Part shown: positions 47,068 through 57,432 of the stretch, piece after piece
How the letters are laid out: every line of letters begins with the position of its first letter
Position numbering within the stretch: the stretch's first letter is position 1
Assembly: GCA_902635045.1 (NCBI GenBank)
Contig: CACPMT010000001.1
Coordinates: forward strand, 30,993 to 94,992
Direction: 5' to 3'
DNA from: an uncultured SAR86 cluster bacterium
GTDB lineage: Bacteria > Pseudomonadota > Gammaproteobacteria > Magnimaribacterales > AG-339-G14
Length of the DNA: 64,000 nt
The notes under the pieces: generated by a model
Told to the model about the DNA's origin: nothing
Seen by the model: the letters and a program-made list of their open reading frames with translations, nothing else
Databases searched by the model: none
Position numbers and translations under genes: made by a program

Positions 47068-47477
47068 TAAAAATTAGGTTCTGATGCGATTGAAATATCA
47101 ATAACGCCAGCTTCTCTAACTTCATCCATTACAGCAATTATTTTTTCAGCTGTAGCTTTCTCATCAGCTTGCATTACAACTGCTCCTTGAGGATTCTCAG
47201 CCATTAATCTAATGACATTTGCTTTGACCTGACGGACATCAATTCTTCTTCCATCCATATAAATTTCACCAGCTGGTCCAATGGCTATTAGAATAGCCGC
47301 ATTTTCTGTAATCTCGGCTGTTTCTGAATCAGGTCTATTAATTTCAAGACCCGGATCTTTTATAAAGTTTGCGGTAACAATAAAAAAAATAAGAAGAATA
47401 AATACCACATCCAACATTGGAGTAATGTTCGGTTCTTCTGCTTCTTCCACTGCTTGACTAATTAACGATCTTCTCAT
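47067..47477 (-). CDS. exbD: biopolymer transport protein ExbD/TolR
   Basis: 136 aa. NITPMLDVVFILLIFF TM segment and periplasmic domain. Confidence 0.88.
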   Translation of the reverse strand: MRRSLISQAVEEAEEPNITPMLDVVFILLIFFIVTANFIKDPGLEINRPDSETAEITENAAILIAIGPAGEIYMDGRRIDVRQVKANVIRLMAENPQGAVVMQADEKATAEKIIAVMDEVREAGVIDISIASEPNF

Positions 47478-47483
47478 TTGATA

Positions 47484-48008
47484 TTATTCGTAAGTTAAAT
47501 GTTCTGATACTAAATCTGATTTTTTCTTAGCATTTTGCTCTAACCATCTAGCCGCAATACTTGCAGGAATAGCTGCCATTAGTCCTGCCATTGCTGGAAT
47601 AGTTGACCTTGCCACACCTCCAGCCATAGCTTTAGCATCTCCGCCTCCTGTAACAGCGAGGATATGAAACACCTCAATCATTCCAACAATGGTTCCAAAA
47701 AGTCCTAACAAAGGAGCAATTGCTATGCTTACTCTTATTAATTCTAAATTACTTTTAATTTTAAGATTAGCCTTAGAAATCAACATTGCCCTAACCATAT
47801 GTCCTTTCCAAGATTTGTGTTCTGATACTTTAGACCATTCTTCGATGGTTTCTTTTTCTACAGCAGGATGAACGAATCTAAAGTACCAAATCCTTTCAAA
47901 AATAAAGAACCACATCAAAACGACAAGGAAGCTTATAATCAATACAACTCCTCCGCCTTTTTCTAAAAAAGAGAAAAGAGTATCTTGAAGGTTAAAAAAC
48001 CAAGACAT
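47484..48008 (-). CDS. exbB: MotA/TolQ/ExbB proton channel protein
   Basis: 174 aa. LGLFGTIVGMI and conserved C-terminal TM pair. Confidence 0.85.
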   Translation of the reverse strand: MSWFFNLQDTLFSFLEKGGGVVLIISFLVVLMWFFIFERIWYFRFVHPAVEKETIEEWSKVSEHKSWKGHMVRAMLISKANLKIKSNLELIRVSIAIAPLLGLFGTIVGMIEVFHILAVTGGGDAKAMAGGVARSTIPAMAGLMAAIPASIAARWLEQNAKKKSDLVSEHLTYE

Positions 48009-48016
48009 AATTAAAC

Positions 48017-49414
48017 CTACAACGACCCACTGGTATTTGTTTCTTCGGCTCTTACTGCAACCATACCTGTACTTTGCTCCTCCAAAATAGCGAGTATTCC
48101 TTTAGAATAATTTGATAATGCTGCGGCCATAAATGTTGCTGGAATTGCACACATCAGTCCCAACATAGTTGTGACCAATGCTTCAGAAATACCACCAGCC
48201 ATAGTTTTAGGATCACCGGTGCCGAATAAAGTTATCGCTTGGAAAGTATTTATCATTCCAATAATTGTTCCAAATAAACCTAAAAGAGGAGAAATAACTG
48301 CAATCAATCTAACAACCCATATGTACTGATCTATTTCTGCTCGCTCAATTAGAATCTGTTCAGCAAGTTTCAGCTCTAATGTCTCTGTATCAGTTTTATT
48401 TTGATCTGCTACAGCAAAAATTCTTGATAGCGGATTTTCTGCTGCACTTTCGCCCGCAGCTTGTTTTTTAACTGCGCCGTTAATTGTAAATAAAGCATAA
48501 AAACGCCAGGCAAAAACACCTATTGCAATTAAAAATAGTAAAATAATTGTATAACCAGTAATCCTTCCATACTGAATTTGTTCAAAAAATGAAGGCAAAG
48601 AAATTAAATTTACTAACAATGCTCCTCCCTGAGGACCAGTAGGATCAACAGCAAATTGCACAAAACCAGAATCTTCATCGAAGATATCATATGTACCATC
48701 TAAATATCGTCCGGGCTGTCTTGGTAAAGTTTCATAGGCCCCTCTTTTAGATAAATATGTTAAATATTTACCTTCTGCGACTGCATTAAAGTTCCCTATT
48801 CTTACAACATCTTCAACAGAAGACTCTCCGTCATTATCAATCACAGTAGCTTTAAATTTTTCTACAGTACCTGAAGCTACTAGTTCTCTAGATAATTCAT
48901 ACCAAAGCTGTTCTATTTCTTCAATTGTTGCTACGCTAACTCCTTCTCCCATCTTTTTAGCAAGTTCGCCTAAAAAGATTTCTCTATCTTTTCCAAACTG
49001 ACCAGAGGTAATAGCCGTTTTAAAATAATCTTCGGTATCAGATGCGACTCCTTGTAAATGACCAAATGTTTCATATAAAGAACCCAATCTCGTTTTTAAC
49101 TGATCTTCCAAGAGATTTAATTTCGCCTCATTGGCCTCAAAAGTTGCTTCTAATGACGTTGCAATTGCCTCAAGTTTTGCTCTTTCCGCTTTAGCATTTG
49201 CTAATAATGTTTGTTGTCTATTTTTTTCTCTATTAAATCTATTTTCTCTTTTAGTAGCTTCTTCACTTTCTGCAAATTTTCCAGCTTTCACAAGCTCTAG
49301 AAGCTCGTCCAAGCTTAAGGCTTGAGATTGTGGCTTATCTTCTTGTGCAATTAAACCAAAAGGAGATAGTGATAAAAATCCAAAAAGGAGTGCTTTTAAA
49401 ACAAAATTTTTCAT
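48017..49414 (-). CDS. large MotA/TolQ/ExbB-family protein with long periplasmic coiled-coil N-domain (TtpC-like)
   Basis: 465 aa, signal peptide, C-terminal LGLFGTIIGMI channel module. Confidence 0.8.
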   Translation of the reverse strand: MKNFVLKALLFGFLSLSPFGLIAQEDKPQSQALSLDELLELVKAGKFAESEEATKRENRFNREKNRQQTLLANAKAERAKLEAIATSLEATFEANEAKLNLLEDQLKTRLGSLYETFGHLQGVASDTEDYFKTAITSGQFGKDREIFLGELAKKMGEGVSVATIEEIEQLWYELSRELVASGTVEKFKATVIDNDGESSVEDVVRIGNFNAVAEGKYLTYLSKRGAYETLPRQPGRYLDGTYDIFDEDSGFVQFAVDPTGPQGGALLVNLISLPSFFEQIQYGRITGYTIILLFLIAIGVFAWRFYALFTINGAVKKQAAGESAAENPLSRIFAVADQNKTDTETLELKLAEQILIERAEIDQYIWVVRLIAVISPLLGLFGTIIGMINTFQAITLFGTGDPKTMAGGISEALVTTMLGLMCAIPATFMAAALSNYSKGILAILEEQSTGMVAVRAEETNTSGSL

Positions 49415-50172
49415 TGAACCACCTCCGCTGCAGGCACAGGAAGTTCAAGCATATCAACAGTTTTTAATTTTTTAGCCATGCTGATACCATCTCTAACGAC
49501 GCCTCTATATCGTCCAGGAAGACTCTCCCAAGAATTAGTTTCTTTATTCCAAATACCGGTTTCGTCTAAATCTGAAGTTTGATAAGCCAAAACTAATCTG
49601 CCGATTCTAAGAATATTTACGTCCCTCTCCTGATCATCTATCAGGACAGTATCTTTATAAGTATCTATTTTTCTGCCGTACTCGGCTTCAATATTAAAAC
49701 CTTCCAAAACTTGTCTTAGTTTTTCAGCAGGTGAAACTGTAGGGTTGTCTAATGCATCTTGAATAAATTTAAGTCTTTCAGTTCTTTCTCCCGTGTTAAA
49801 AGGTAAGTCCAATTTAACAAATTGATCTAGGCCCGAATGCATTCTTCTTGCTAATGGCGGTATTTGTCTTTGTAAAACAGATGCATATTTCATTGTCTTT
49901 TCAATTTCCTTCATACGCTCTTTTTGTCTTTTAATCTGCTTTCTTTTTTGAGCGTTGTAAACTTTTAGGCCTTCTATTTGTTTGCTGACACTCTTATATT
50001 CAGTTGCTGCTTTATCAGTCTTAATTTGAGTTGAATCAATCTTTGCCTGAGAAGCAGTAGCAGCAGTAGTTCTATCTTTATTAACTTCAAGAACAGAATC
50101 TAGTTGAGAAGCGACAGTTAAAGAAAAAATCAAAGCTAAAAGCAAGAAAAATTTAAATAAATGGTTGATCAT
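49411..50172 (-). CDS. DUF3450 protein (TtpB-like), first gene of the TonB2-type cluster
   Basis: Signal peptide plus coiled coil. Position and size as in the Vibrio TonB2 operon. Confidence 0.65.
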   Translation of the reverse strand: MINHLFKFFLLLALIFSLTVASQLDSVLEVNKDRTTAATASQAKIDSTQIKTDKAATEYKSVSKQIEGLKVYNAQKRKQIKRQKERMKEIEKTMKYASVLQRQIPPLARRMHSGLDQFVKLDLPFNTGERTERLKFIQDALDNPTVSPAEKLRQVLEGFNIEAEYGRKIDTYKDTVLIDDQERDVNILRIGRLVLAYQTSDLDETGIWNKETNSWESLPGRYRGVVRDGISMAKKLKTVDMLELPVPAAEVVQ

Positions 50173-50350
50173 AATATCCCCTAAATTTTTAAGTTTTTTT
50201 TTAAAAGTAAAACAACAAAAACTTATTTATCCTTATGTAAAGTACAATTGTAGGCCAGTACTTTAAGTTTTAAAAACGTTATTTGCAACTTATAGTAACA
50301 ATTTTTAAAACATAAAATTAAATTTATAGCAAAAGAATATTGAAATTAAA

Positions 50351-50920
50351 ATGACTGAAGTTAGTACCAATGAATTTAGACCAGGTTTAAAAATAATTAT
50401 TGATAAAGAATTGTGTGAAATTATTGAAAATGATTTTCATAAACCAGGAAAAGGGCAAGCTGTGATGAGAGTTAAATATAAGTGTTTGTTAAATGGGCGT
50501 GTGCTCGATAAAACTTTTAAAACTGGAGAATCTGTTGAAAAAGCTGATATATCTTCAATTGAAATGCAATATCTCTTCAAAGAGGGAAATAATGCTATTT
50601 TTATGAATTTAACTAATTATGAGCAAACTGGTTTTGATTTAGCATTACTTGGCCCTAAAAGTTTGTGGATCAAAGAAGGTGAAAAATACGAAATAGCGAT
50701 GTGGGAAAATACTTTGGTCTCAGTTGAAATTGAAACTTTTGCAGAAATAGCTGTTTTAGAAACTGAGCCAGGATTTAAGGGAGATACCTCTACAAATACT
50801 CTTAAATCTGCAAAATTATCTAACGGCCTTGAAGTAAAAGTTCCACTTTTTATCGAAGAAGGAGATTTTATCAAAGTAGATACAAGAACTAATGAGTACC
50901 AAAGTAGAGTAAACAAATGA
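50351..50920 (+). CDS. efp: elongation factor P
   Basis: KPGKGQAVMRVK loop, 189 aa. Confidence 0.92.
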   Translation: MTEVSTNEFRPGLKIIIDKELCEIIENDFHKPGKGQAVMRVKYKCLLNGRVLDKTFKTGESVEKADISSIEMQYLFKEGNNAIFMNLTNYEQTGFDLALLGPKSLWIKEGEKYEIAMWENTLVSVEIETFAEIAVLETEPGFKGDTSTNTLKSAKLSNGLEVKVPLFIEEGDFIKVDTRTNEYQSRVNK

Positions 50921-52563
50921 AAGATAAAATTCATGAGTTGCTTGCATCTGCCATCAACGACCTTTATTCAAGTAAAGATTTGTCCATTGAAATAGTCAAA
51001 ACAAAATCTGAGGAACACGGAGACTGGAGTTCAAATGTTGCGATGATTGAAGCCAAAAAAAAAGGAGAGAACCCAAAAGAATTAGCAAAAAAAATAATTG
51101 ACTCAATCACTAAAGAAGATTGGATAGAAAAAATAGAACTTGCAGGACCTGGTTTTATAAATTTCTTTTTAAGCAAAAAGGCGAATTTAAGATATTTGAA
51201 AGAAATCTTAGACAATAAAGAATCTTTTTTTCCTTATAAAGAAAAAAATAAAAAAAATATTTTAATTGAGTATGTTTCATCAAACCCAACAGGGCCATTA
51301 CACGTAGGACATGGAAGAGGAGCTGCTTTTGGTTCAGCACTAAGTAATTTGCTAAAGAAATCTGGCAATGAGGTTACGGAAGAGTATTACGTGAATGATC
51401 AGGGCTTACAGACAAAAATTCTAGCAGAAAGTGTTCATATGAAATATTTAGAAAAATTTAATATAGACACATCAAAAATAGATGATACAAATTTTTACAA
51501 AGGCTCATATATAGACGAATTAGCATCGAAAATTAAAAAAAATAAAAAAGATGAATTTTTAAAAATAAAAAATGAAAAGGAATTTGTTAATTTAATTATT
51601 AATGAAATGATGCTTGGTATAAAAGAAACTTTGAATAATTTTAAAGTAAATTTTAATTCTTTTTTTTCAGAAAGCTACTTATACGATAAAAAAGCAAATA
51701 AAGTACAAGATGTCTTAGAAGTCTTAAAAAGTGACCATTGTTTTGAAAAAGATGGTGCACTTTGGTTCAAATCAACGAAATTTGGAGATGACAAAGATAG
51801 GGTTTTAATTAGATCTGATAATCAAGAAACTTATTTTTTATCTGATATTGCCTATCATAAAGATAAATTTAAAAGAAATTACGACGAACTGATTAATATT
51901 TGGGGGTCAGATCATCACGGCTACCTGCCCAGAGTAAAAGCGGCAATTGAGGCGTTAAAACTTAACTCTGAAAATTTAAAGACAATATTCATTCAATTTG
52001 TTTCTTTAATTAAAAAAGGCAAGAAAATATCCATGTCAACAAGATCAGCGAATTTTGTAACTTTAAATCAACTTCTAGATGAAGTTGGAGTAGATGCAGC
52101 TAGATTTTTTTATTTAACTAAAAAAAGTGATCAAGCATTAGAATTTGATATAGACCTTGCAATAACTCAGGACAAAAATAATCCTGTCTATTACATTCAA
52201 TATGCCTATGCAAGAATTTGTAGTTTAGAAAAAGAGTTAAAAAATAGAGGAATGAAATTTGATCTTAAAGAAGGTATCGACAACTTAGACCTTTTAGTGA
52301 ACAAGTCAGAATTAGAAATTGTCTCTTCTTTAGAAGATTATAAAATTATCATTGAACAATGCTGTAAAAATTACGAAGTACATCCTGTATGTTTTTATCT
52401 GAGAGATTTGGCCTCAAAATTTCATTCTTACTATAATTCTGAAACTATTATTGATGAGGATCAAAAATTAAGAAATGCAAAATTTACCTTGCTACTAGCT
52501 ATTAAAAAGACCATCAAAAGTGGTATGGACGTATTGGTAATAGAAACTCCAGAGAAAATGTAG
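50917..52563 (+). CDS. argS: arginine--tRNA ligase
   Basis: SSNPTGPLHVGHGR (HIGH) and ISMSTRS (KMSK variant). Confidence 0.92.
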   Translation: MKDKIHELLASAINDLYSSKDLSIEIVKTKSEEHGDWSSNVAMIEAKKKGENPKELAKKIIDSITKEDWIEKIELAGPGFINFFLSKKANLRYLKEILDNKESFFPYKEKNKKNILIEYVSSNPTGPLHVGHGRGAAFGSALSNLLKKSGNEVTEEYYVNDQGLQTKILAESVHMKYLEKFNIDTSKIDDTNFYKGSYIDELASKIKKNKKDEFLKIKNEKEFVNLIINEMMLGIKETLNNFKVNFNSFFSESYLYDKKANKVQDVLEVLKSDHCFEKDGALWFKSTKFGDDKDRVLIRSDNQETYFLSDIAYHKDKFKRNYDELINIWGSDHHGYLPRVKAAIEALKLNSENLKTIFIQFVSLIKKGKKISMSTRSANFVTLNQLLDEVGVDAARFFYLTKKSDQALEFDIDLAITQDKNNPVYYIQYAYARICSLEKELKNRGMKFDLKEGIDNLDLLVNKSELEIVSSLEDYKIIIEQCCKNYEVHPVCFYLRDLASKFHSYYNSETIIDEDQKLRNAKFTLLLAIKKTIKSGMDVLVIETPEKM

Positions 52564-53213
52564 TGATTGATATCGAGAAAAACATTTCTAACATAAAAAA
52601 AATTGTAAAAAGTGATACGACCATTATTGCTGTTAGTAAAAAAAAGCCTGCTGACTTGATAGAAAAAGCTTATAAAAATGGGATATTAGATTTTGGAGAA
52701 AACTACTTACAAGAAGCCTTAGCGAAGGTTTCTATTCTTAAACATTTAAATATAAGTTGGCACTTTATTGGAAAAATACAGTCTAATAAATGTAAAGAAA
52801 TTGCAAAAAATTTTAACTGGGTTCATACAGTTGATAGATATAAGATTGCAAAGCTTTTGAGTGAAAATTGCCCTCTTAACAAATCAATAAATGTCCTCAT
52901 TCAAGTTAATATTGATGATGAAAAAAGTAAAAACGGCATCAACGAAAGTGAGATTTATAGTTTAGCTAAAAAAATTATTTCTCTGCCTAACTTAAATTTA
53001 AAAGGAATTATGGTGATACCAAAAAATACGAAAGACTTAAAATTAACTGAAATTTCATTTGCAAAAACAAAGCAAATAGCAGTTGAATTAAATAAAAGTT
53101 TCAAAGGTGTCAGTGAAATTTCAATGGGAATGAGTAATGACTTTGAGTTAGCGATTAAAAATGGCTCAACAATGATTAGAATAGGAACGGGAATATTTGG
53201 TGAAAGAAATTAA
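52563..53213 (+). CDS. yggS: YggS-family PLP homeostasis protein
   Basis: IIAVSKKKP (PLP Lys) and GMSNDFELAI. GTG start overlaps the argS stop. Confidence 0.85.
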   Translation: MIDIEKNISNIKKIVKSDTTIIAVSKKKPADLIEKAYKNGILDFGENYLQEALAKVSILKHLNISWHFIGKIQSNKCKEIAKNFNWVHTVDRYKIAKLLSENCPLNKSINVLIQVNIDDEKSKNGINESEIYSLAKKIISLPNLNLKGIMVIPKNTKDLKLTEISFAKTKQIAVELNKSFKGVSEISMGMSNDFELAIKNGSTMIRIGTGIFGERN

Positions 53214-53979
53214 TAGAAATAAGACAATAGGTTTTATCGGAGCAGGAAATTTAGGAAGACATGCTATTGAAAAATTAGCTGATGAGTTTCCTTTGCTTGT
53301 AAATGATCCTTTTGAAGATCAAAGAGTAATAGATTTAGGTGCTAAATATACTGAAATAGATGATTTAGTGGATAGGTCAGAAATAATTTTTTTAACGATC
53401 AAGCCTAATAAAATTGAAGAAATTTCGAATCAACTTAAAAATCTTTTATCCAATCAATTGATAATTTCTTTTATTGCCGGACTTAAGTTTAATAAGCTGA
53501 AAACTTTGTTGGAAGGTCATGAAAATATTATTAGAGCAATGCCTACTCTTGGAATTAGTAGCGGCTCAAGTCCAATTGCCATCTATACTGATCTGAATAT
53601 AGATAAAAACCATGCCTTAGATGTTTTAAATATCTTAGGAAGGTGCTTAAAAATAGAAGAAGAACAATTTGATGCATTTACATCAATATTCGGAGCTGGG
53701 CCTGCGTTTATAAGCCATCTATCTAATATTTTGTCTAAAATTGCAAAAGAACATGGTTTTATTGACCCTGAACCTTGGATAAGAGATATATTGGAAGGTA
53801 CTTCTTATATACATAAATCCATCGAAAGTAATAAATTTGAGGACATCATGGAAATGGTTGCTTCAAAAGGAGGTGTTACTGAAGCAGCTCTTAATAAGAT
53901 AAATACAGAGGGAATAGAAAAAATATGGGAAGAGGCTATAAATGACGCAATTCTTAAATCTAAGGCTTTAGGAGATTAA
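53197..53979 (+). CDS. proC: pyrroline-5-carboxylate reductase
   Basis: GFIGAGNLG Rossmann motif and C-terminal SKGGVTEAAL. Confidence 0.85.
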   Translation: MVKEINRNKTIGFIGAGNLGRHAIEKLADEFPLLVNDPFEDQRVIDLGAKYTEIDDLVDRSEIIFLTIKPNKIEEISNQLKNLLSNQLIISFIAGLKFNKLKTLLEGHENIIRAMPTLGISSGSSPIAIYTDLNIDKNHALDVLNILGRCLKIEEEQFDAFTSIFGAGPAFISHLSNILSKIAKEHGFIDPEPWIRDILEGTSYIHKSIESNKFEDIMEMVASKGGVTEAALNKINTEGIEKIWEEAINDAILKSKALGD

Positions 53980-53981
53980 TA

Positions 53982-54536
53982 ATGGATCCGCTTTATGCTT
54001 CTTCAGTATTGACAAATTTATTAGCAATTGTTTTTTCTTTTTATCTGTTATTTAGATTTTTTGAGATTAGTTTTCTCAATCCAATCGTAAAAATATCTTT
54101 TTCTACTTTAGACCCCTTCTGTAGACCATTTAGGATATTTTTACCTATCATGTTTGGAATAGACTTAGCCTGTATCTTTTGGATTATTGATCTCAAATTT
54201 ATTTCCTTTTATTTATTCAGTTCCAGTAAAGAAATGGATTTTGATTTGGTTAACGCTATCTCTTGGTCTATCCTGAGTTTATTTTTTTTAATTTCACAAA
54301 TTTTAAGATTTTCACTTTTTATTTCAATTATAGGAAGTTGGGTAGCGCCGACCTCCAACAATCCTTTTCTTAGTATTTGTCATAATATTACTCAACCTCT
54401 TTTAAAGCCTTTTCAGAGACTAACTAGCTTTGGAGGAATAGATTTTTCTCCAATTATTGTTTTCTTTTTATTAATTCAAATTGATAGAATTTTAGATAAT
54501 CTAAGATTCAGCATGAACTTACCAATATTATTTTAA
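53982..54536 (+). CDS. yggT: YggT family membrane protein
   Basis: 184-aa polytopic ORF in yggS-proC-yggT synteny. Confidence 0.7.
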   Translation: MDPLYASSVLTNLLAIVFSFYLLFRFFEISFLNPIVKISFSTLDPFCRPFRIFLPIMFGIDLACIFWIIDLKFISFYLFSSSKEMDFDLVNAISWSILSLFFLISQILRFSLFISIIGSWVAPTSNNPFLSICHNITQPLLKPFQRLTSFGGIDFSPIIVFFLLIQIDRILDNLRFSMNLPILF

Positions 54537-55637
54537 ATGAATGAATTAGGAATAATTGAACCTGAAATTTTTTCATTTAATGAAACTTTTCCCCTCGAAT
54601 CTGGCAAAAGTCTAGATGGCTTTGAACTTATATATGAAACTTATGGAAAACTTTCTGATAAAAAAGACAATGCCGTTCTTATTTGTCATGCTTTAAGTGG
54701 AAATCATCATGCCGCTGGTTTAAGTAACGAAAATGACAAACGTCCTGGATGGTGGAATGAATTGATTGGACCTGGGAAGGCATTTGATACTGAAAAATAT
54801 TTTATGGTATCTCTCAATAACTTAGGCGGTTGTCATGGATCAACCGGACCGTCAAGCATTAACCCTTCAACAAATGAAAAGTTTGGAAAAGAATTTCCAT
54901 TAGTAACTGTTAAAGATTGGGTCAACAGCCAAAATTTATTAAGATCTTATTTAGGAATTGATCGCTGGCTTGCTGTCGCTGGAGGAAGTTTAGGAGGCAT
55001 GCAAGCTCTTCAGTGGGCTATTGACTATCCTGATTTAGTTGAAAAATCAATTGTTATCGCTGCTGCTCCAAAATTAAGTGCTCAAAATATAGCTTTTAAT
55101 GAAGTTGCAAGACAAGCAATTGTAAATGATCCAGATTTTGAAAAAGGCACTCACCATCCGAAAAGGGGTCTAGGTTTGGCTAGAATGTTAGGTCACATTA
55201 CATACCTATCAGAAGAAGTGATGAAGGAAAAGTTTGATAGAGATTTAAAAAAAGAAAAAATTGAATACGGCTATGATGTTGAGTTTGAAGTAGAGAGCTA
55301 TTTAAGATATCAAGCTGACAATTTTTCAGATAAGTTTGATGCTCATACTTATCTATTAATGACAAAAGCATTAGATTACTTTGATCCTGCTAAGTATTTT
55401 GGTGGAAACTTAATTTCAAGTCTTGAGCAAACGAAGTCGAATTTTCTTATAGTTTCTTTTTCTTCAGATTGGAGATTTTCACCTAAAAGATCTAAAGAAA
55501 TAGTAAATTCTTTAGTGGCAGCAAAAAAGCCTGTTAGTTATGTAAATATTGAATCTTTTCAGGGGCACGATGGATTTTTGTTTCCTGATAGTAGATACGT
55601 AAATACTATTAAAACTTTTTTGAATTCGGATGTATAA
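54537..55637 (+). CDS. metX: homoserine O-acyltransferase
   Basis: [12 protein letters not shown] nucleophile elbow and C-terminal GHDGFL. Confidence 0.9.
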   Translation: MNELGIIEPEIFSFNETFPLESGKSLDGFELIYETYGKLSDKKDNAVLICHALSGNHHAAGLSNENDKRPGWWNELIGPGKAFDTEKYFMVSLNNLGGCHGSTGPSSINPSTNEKFGKEFPLVTVKDWVNSQNLLRSYLGIDRWLAVAGGSLGGMQALQWAIDYPDLVEKSIVIAAAPKLSAQNIAFNEVARQAIVNDPDFEKGTHHPKRGLGLARMLGHITYLSEEVMKEKFDRDLKKEKIEYGYDVEFEVESYLRYQADNFSDKFDAHTYLLMTKALDYFDPAKYFGGNLISSLEQTKSNFLIVSFSSDWRFSPKRSKEIVNSLVAAKKPVSYVNIESFQGHDGFLFPDSRYVNTIKTFLNSDV

Positions 55638-56217
55638 AATAGTTAAAAAATGGATTCCTAAAAATTCTCATATTCTTGATCTAGGCTGTGGTGATGGGTC
55701 AATGCTTCTGGAACTAAAGAAAGAATTGAATATTAACGGACTTGGAGTTGATATTTCTGAAAAAAATATTCAACTAAGCTTATCAAAGGGATTAAATGTT
55801 ATCGAACAAGATATTGATCAAGGTTTAAGCAACTTTGGAGATCAATCTTTTGATTTAGTGTTGATGAGTCAATCTATTCAAGCATTAAAAAGGCCAGATT
55901 TAGCTTTGTCTGAAATTATTAGAATAGGTAAAGAGTGTATTGTAAGTATTCCTAATTTTGCTAACTTTAAATGTAGATTGCAGCTTTTTTTAACTGGGAA
56001 AATGCCAGTTTCTTCAGCTTTACCGCATTCATGGTATTCAACACCCAATCTGCATTTATGCTCTTTAAAGGATTTTGAATCTTTATGTGAAGGCTCGAAC
56101 ATAAAAATCTCAGAAAAAAAATTAATAAAAGCATCTGGAGAAAATACTTTTTTATCAAATTTTTTTCCGAACTTATTTGCTGAGATTGCAATTTATAAAT
56201 TAGAAAAAAAATCTTGA
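55630..56217 (+). CDS. metW: methionine biosynthesis protein MetW
   Basis: [12 protein letters not shown]-fold motif, directly after metX. Confidence 0.88.
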   Translation: MYKIVKKWIPKNSHILDLGCGDGSMLLELKKELNINGLGVDISEKNIQLSLSKGLNVIEQDIDQGLSNFGDQSFDLVLMSQSIQALKRPDLALSEIIRIGKECIVSIPNFANFKCRLQLFLTGKMPVSSALPHSWYSTPNLHLCSLKDFESLCEGSNIKISEKKLIKASGENTFLSNFFPNLFAEIAIYKLEKKS

Positions 56218-56804
56218 AAATAGTTCTGGCCTCTAGAAATTCCGGAAAGTTAAAGGAATTTAACTATCTTTTTAAAAAGACTAATATCGAACTCATACCT
56301 ATTTCTGAATTTAGTAATGAAGATATTGCTGAAACTGGAAACAGCTATGAGGAAAACGCTTTCATAAAGGCAAAGTTTGCTACTGAAATAACAGGGCTAC
56401 CCTCTCTTGGAGATGACTCTGGATTGGAAGTAGAAGCTCTAGACGGTGCTCCGGGAATTTTTTCAGCTAGATATGCTGGTGAAAAAGGTAACGATTTATT
56501 GAATAACGAAAAATTATTAAAAAAAATAAGTTTAAAACAAAATAAATCCGCCAAATTTGTTTCTATCTTGTCTTTTTTAGATCCTGAGTTAAAAAATCCT
56601 CTTTTTTCCTACGGAGAATTATTTGGAAAGATAATAGATTCTCCGAAAGGCAAAGGTGGCTTCGGTTACGATCCAATATTTCAAGTAAAAAACTCAAGTT
56701 TAACTTTGGCGGAAGTATCTAGATCTGAGAGAATGAGAATAAGTCATAGAACAATGTCTACTTTGAAGATGATTGCCCTATTGAAGGAATCAAAAATTTA
56801 TTAA
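56214..56804 (+). CDS. rdgB: dITP/XTP pyrophosphatase (non-canonical purine NTPase)
   Basis: IVLASRNSGKLKEF and GGFGYDPIF. TTG start overlaps the metW stop as TTGA. Confidence 0.88.
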   Translation: MKIVLASRNSGKLKEFNYLFKKTNIELIPISEFSNEDIAETGNSYEENAFIKAKFATEITGLPSLGDDSGLEVEALDGAPGIFSARYAGEKGNDLLNNEKLLKKISLKQNKSAKFVSILSFLDPELKNPLFSYGELFGKIIDSPKGKGGFGYDPIFQVKNSSLTLAEVSRSERMRISHRTMSTLKMIALLKESKIY

Positions 56805-57432
56805 TTAACCTATTTTCTTTCAAGGCAATTTTTTCATATTTAGTTTTAAACTCTTTTAAATCGTTTGATTCACAAATATGATCGTATTTGTGCTCTAGTT
56901 TATTTAGTGTTTCTATAATTTCCTCAGCATAGTCCTGCCAATCAGTTTTTATGATGATCTTCCCGTCTTTTTTAAGTAGAGATTGTAAATCTATAAAGAA
57001 ATCACTTTTAAGCAATCTTCTTTTTTTATGTTTCGATTTTGGCCAAGGGTCTGGAAAAAGAATTATTATCAAATCAAATATTTTTTTACTTTTATTTTTA
57101 GATAAAATTTGAGCTACGTCTCCTTGGATAAGTTTTAAATTTTTTAAATTTGACTTAATTATTTTGCTATATGTATTTGCTATTCCTGTTTCAAATACTT
57201 CAATACCAATAAAAGATTCATCTGGATTATTTGAAGATTGATCAAATAGCAAAATTCCATCGCCAAACCCGATTTCTAAATTTAATTTAGAAGAATCACT
57301 AAATAAAAATTTAAAGTCTTTAAAATTTTCTTCAGACCAAATGATTGTTTTGTCTGCTATTGAAAGAATTTTTTTATTTTTCTTTGAAGACCTTGACCTA
57401 GCTTTAGAAAAACTTTTAATAGAATTTTTCAA
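56758..57432 (-). CDS. trmB: tRNA (guanine46-N7)-methyltransferase
   Basis: LEIGFGDG and FPDPWPKSKHKKRR motifs. Confidence 0.88.
   Translation of the reverse strand: MKNSIKSFSKARSRSSKKNKKILSIADKTIIWSEENFKDFKFLFSDSSKLNLEIGFGDGILLFDQSSNNPDESFIGIEVFETGIANTYSKIIKSNLKNLKLIQGDVAQILSKNKSKKIFDLIIILFPDPWPKSKHKKRRLLKSDFFIDLQSLLKKDGKIIIKTDWQDYAEEIIETLNKLEHKYDHICESNDLKEFKTKYEKIALKENRLINKFLIPSIGQSSSK

Noticed and set aside
50173-50350. Fur box upstream of the TonB2-type cluster
   Set aside because: The region is AT-rich, but I found no convincing match to GATAATGATAATCATTATC or to phased NATWAT hexamers.
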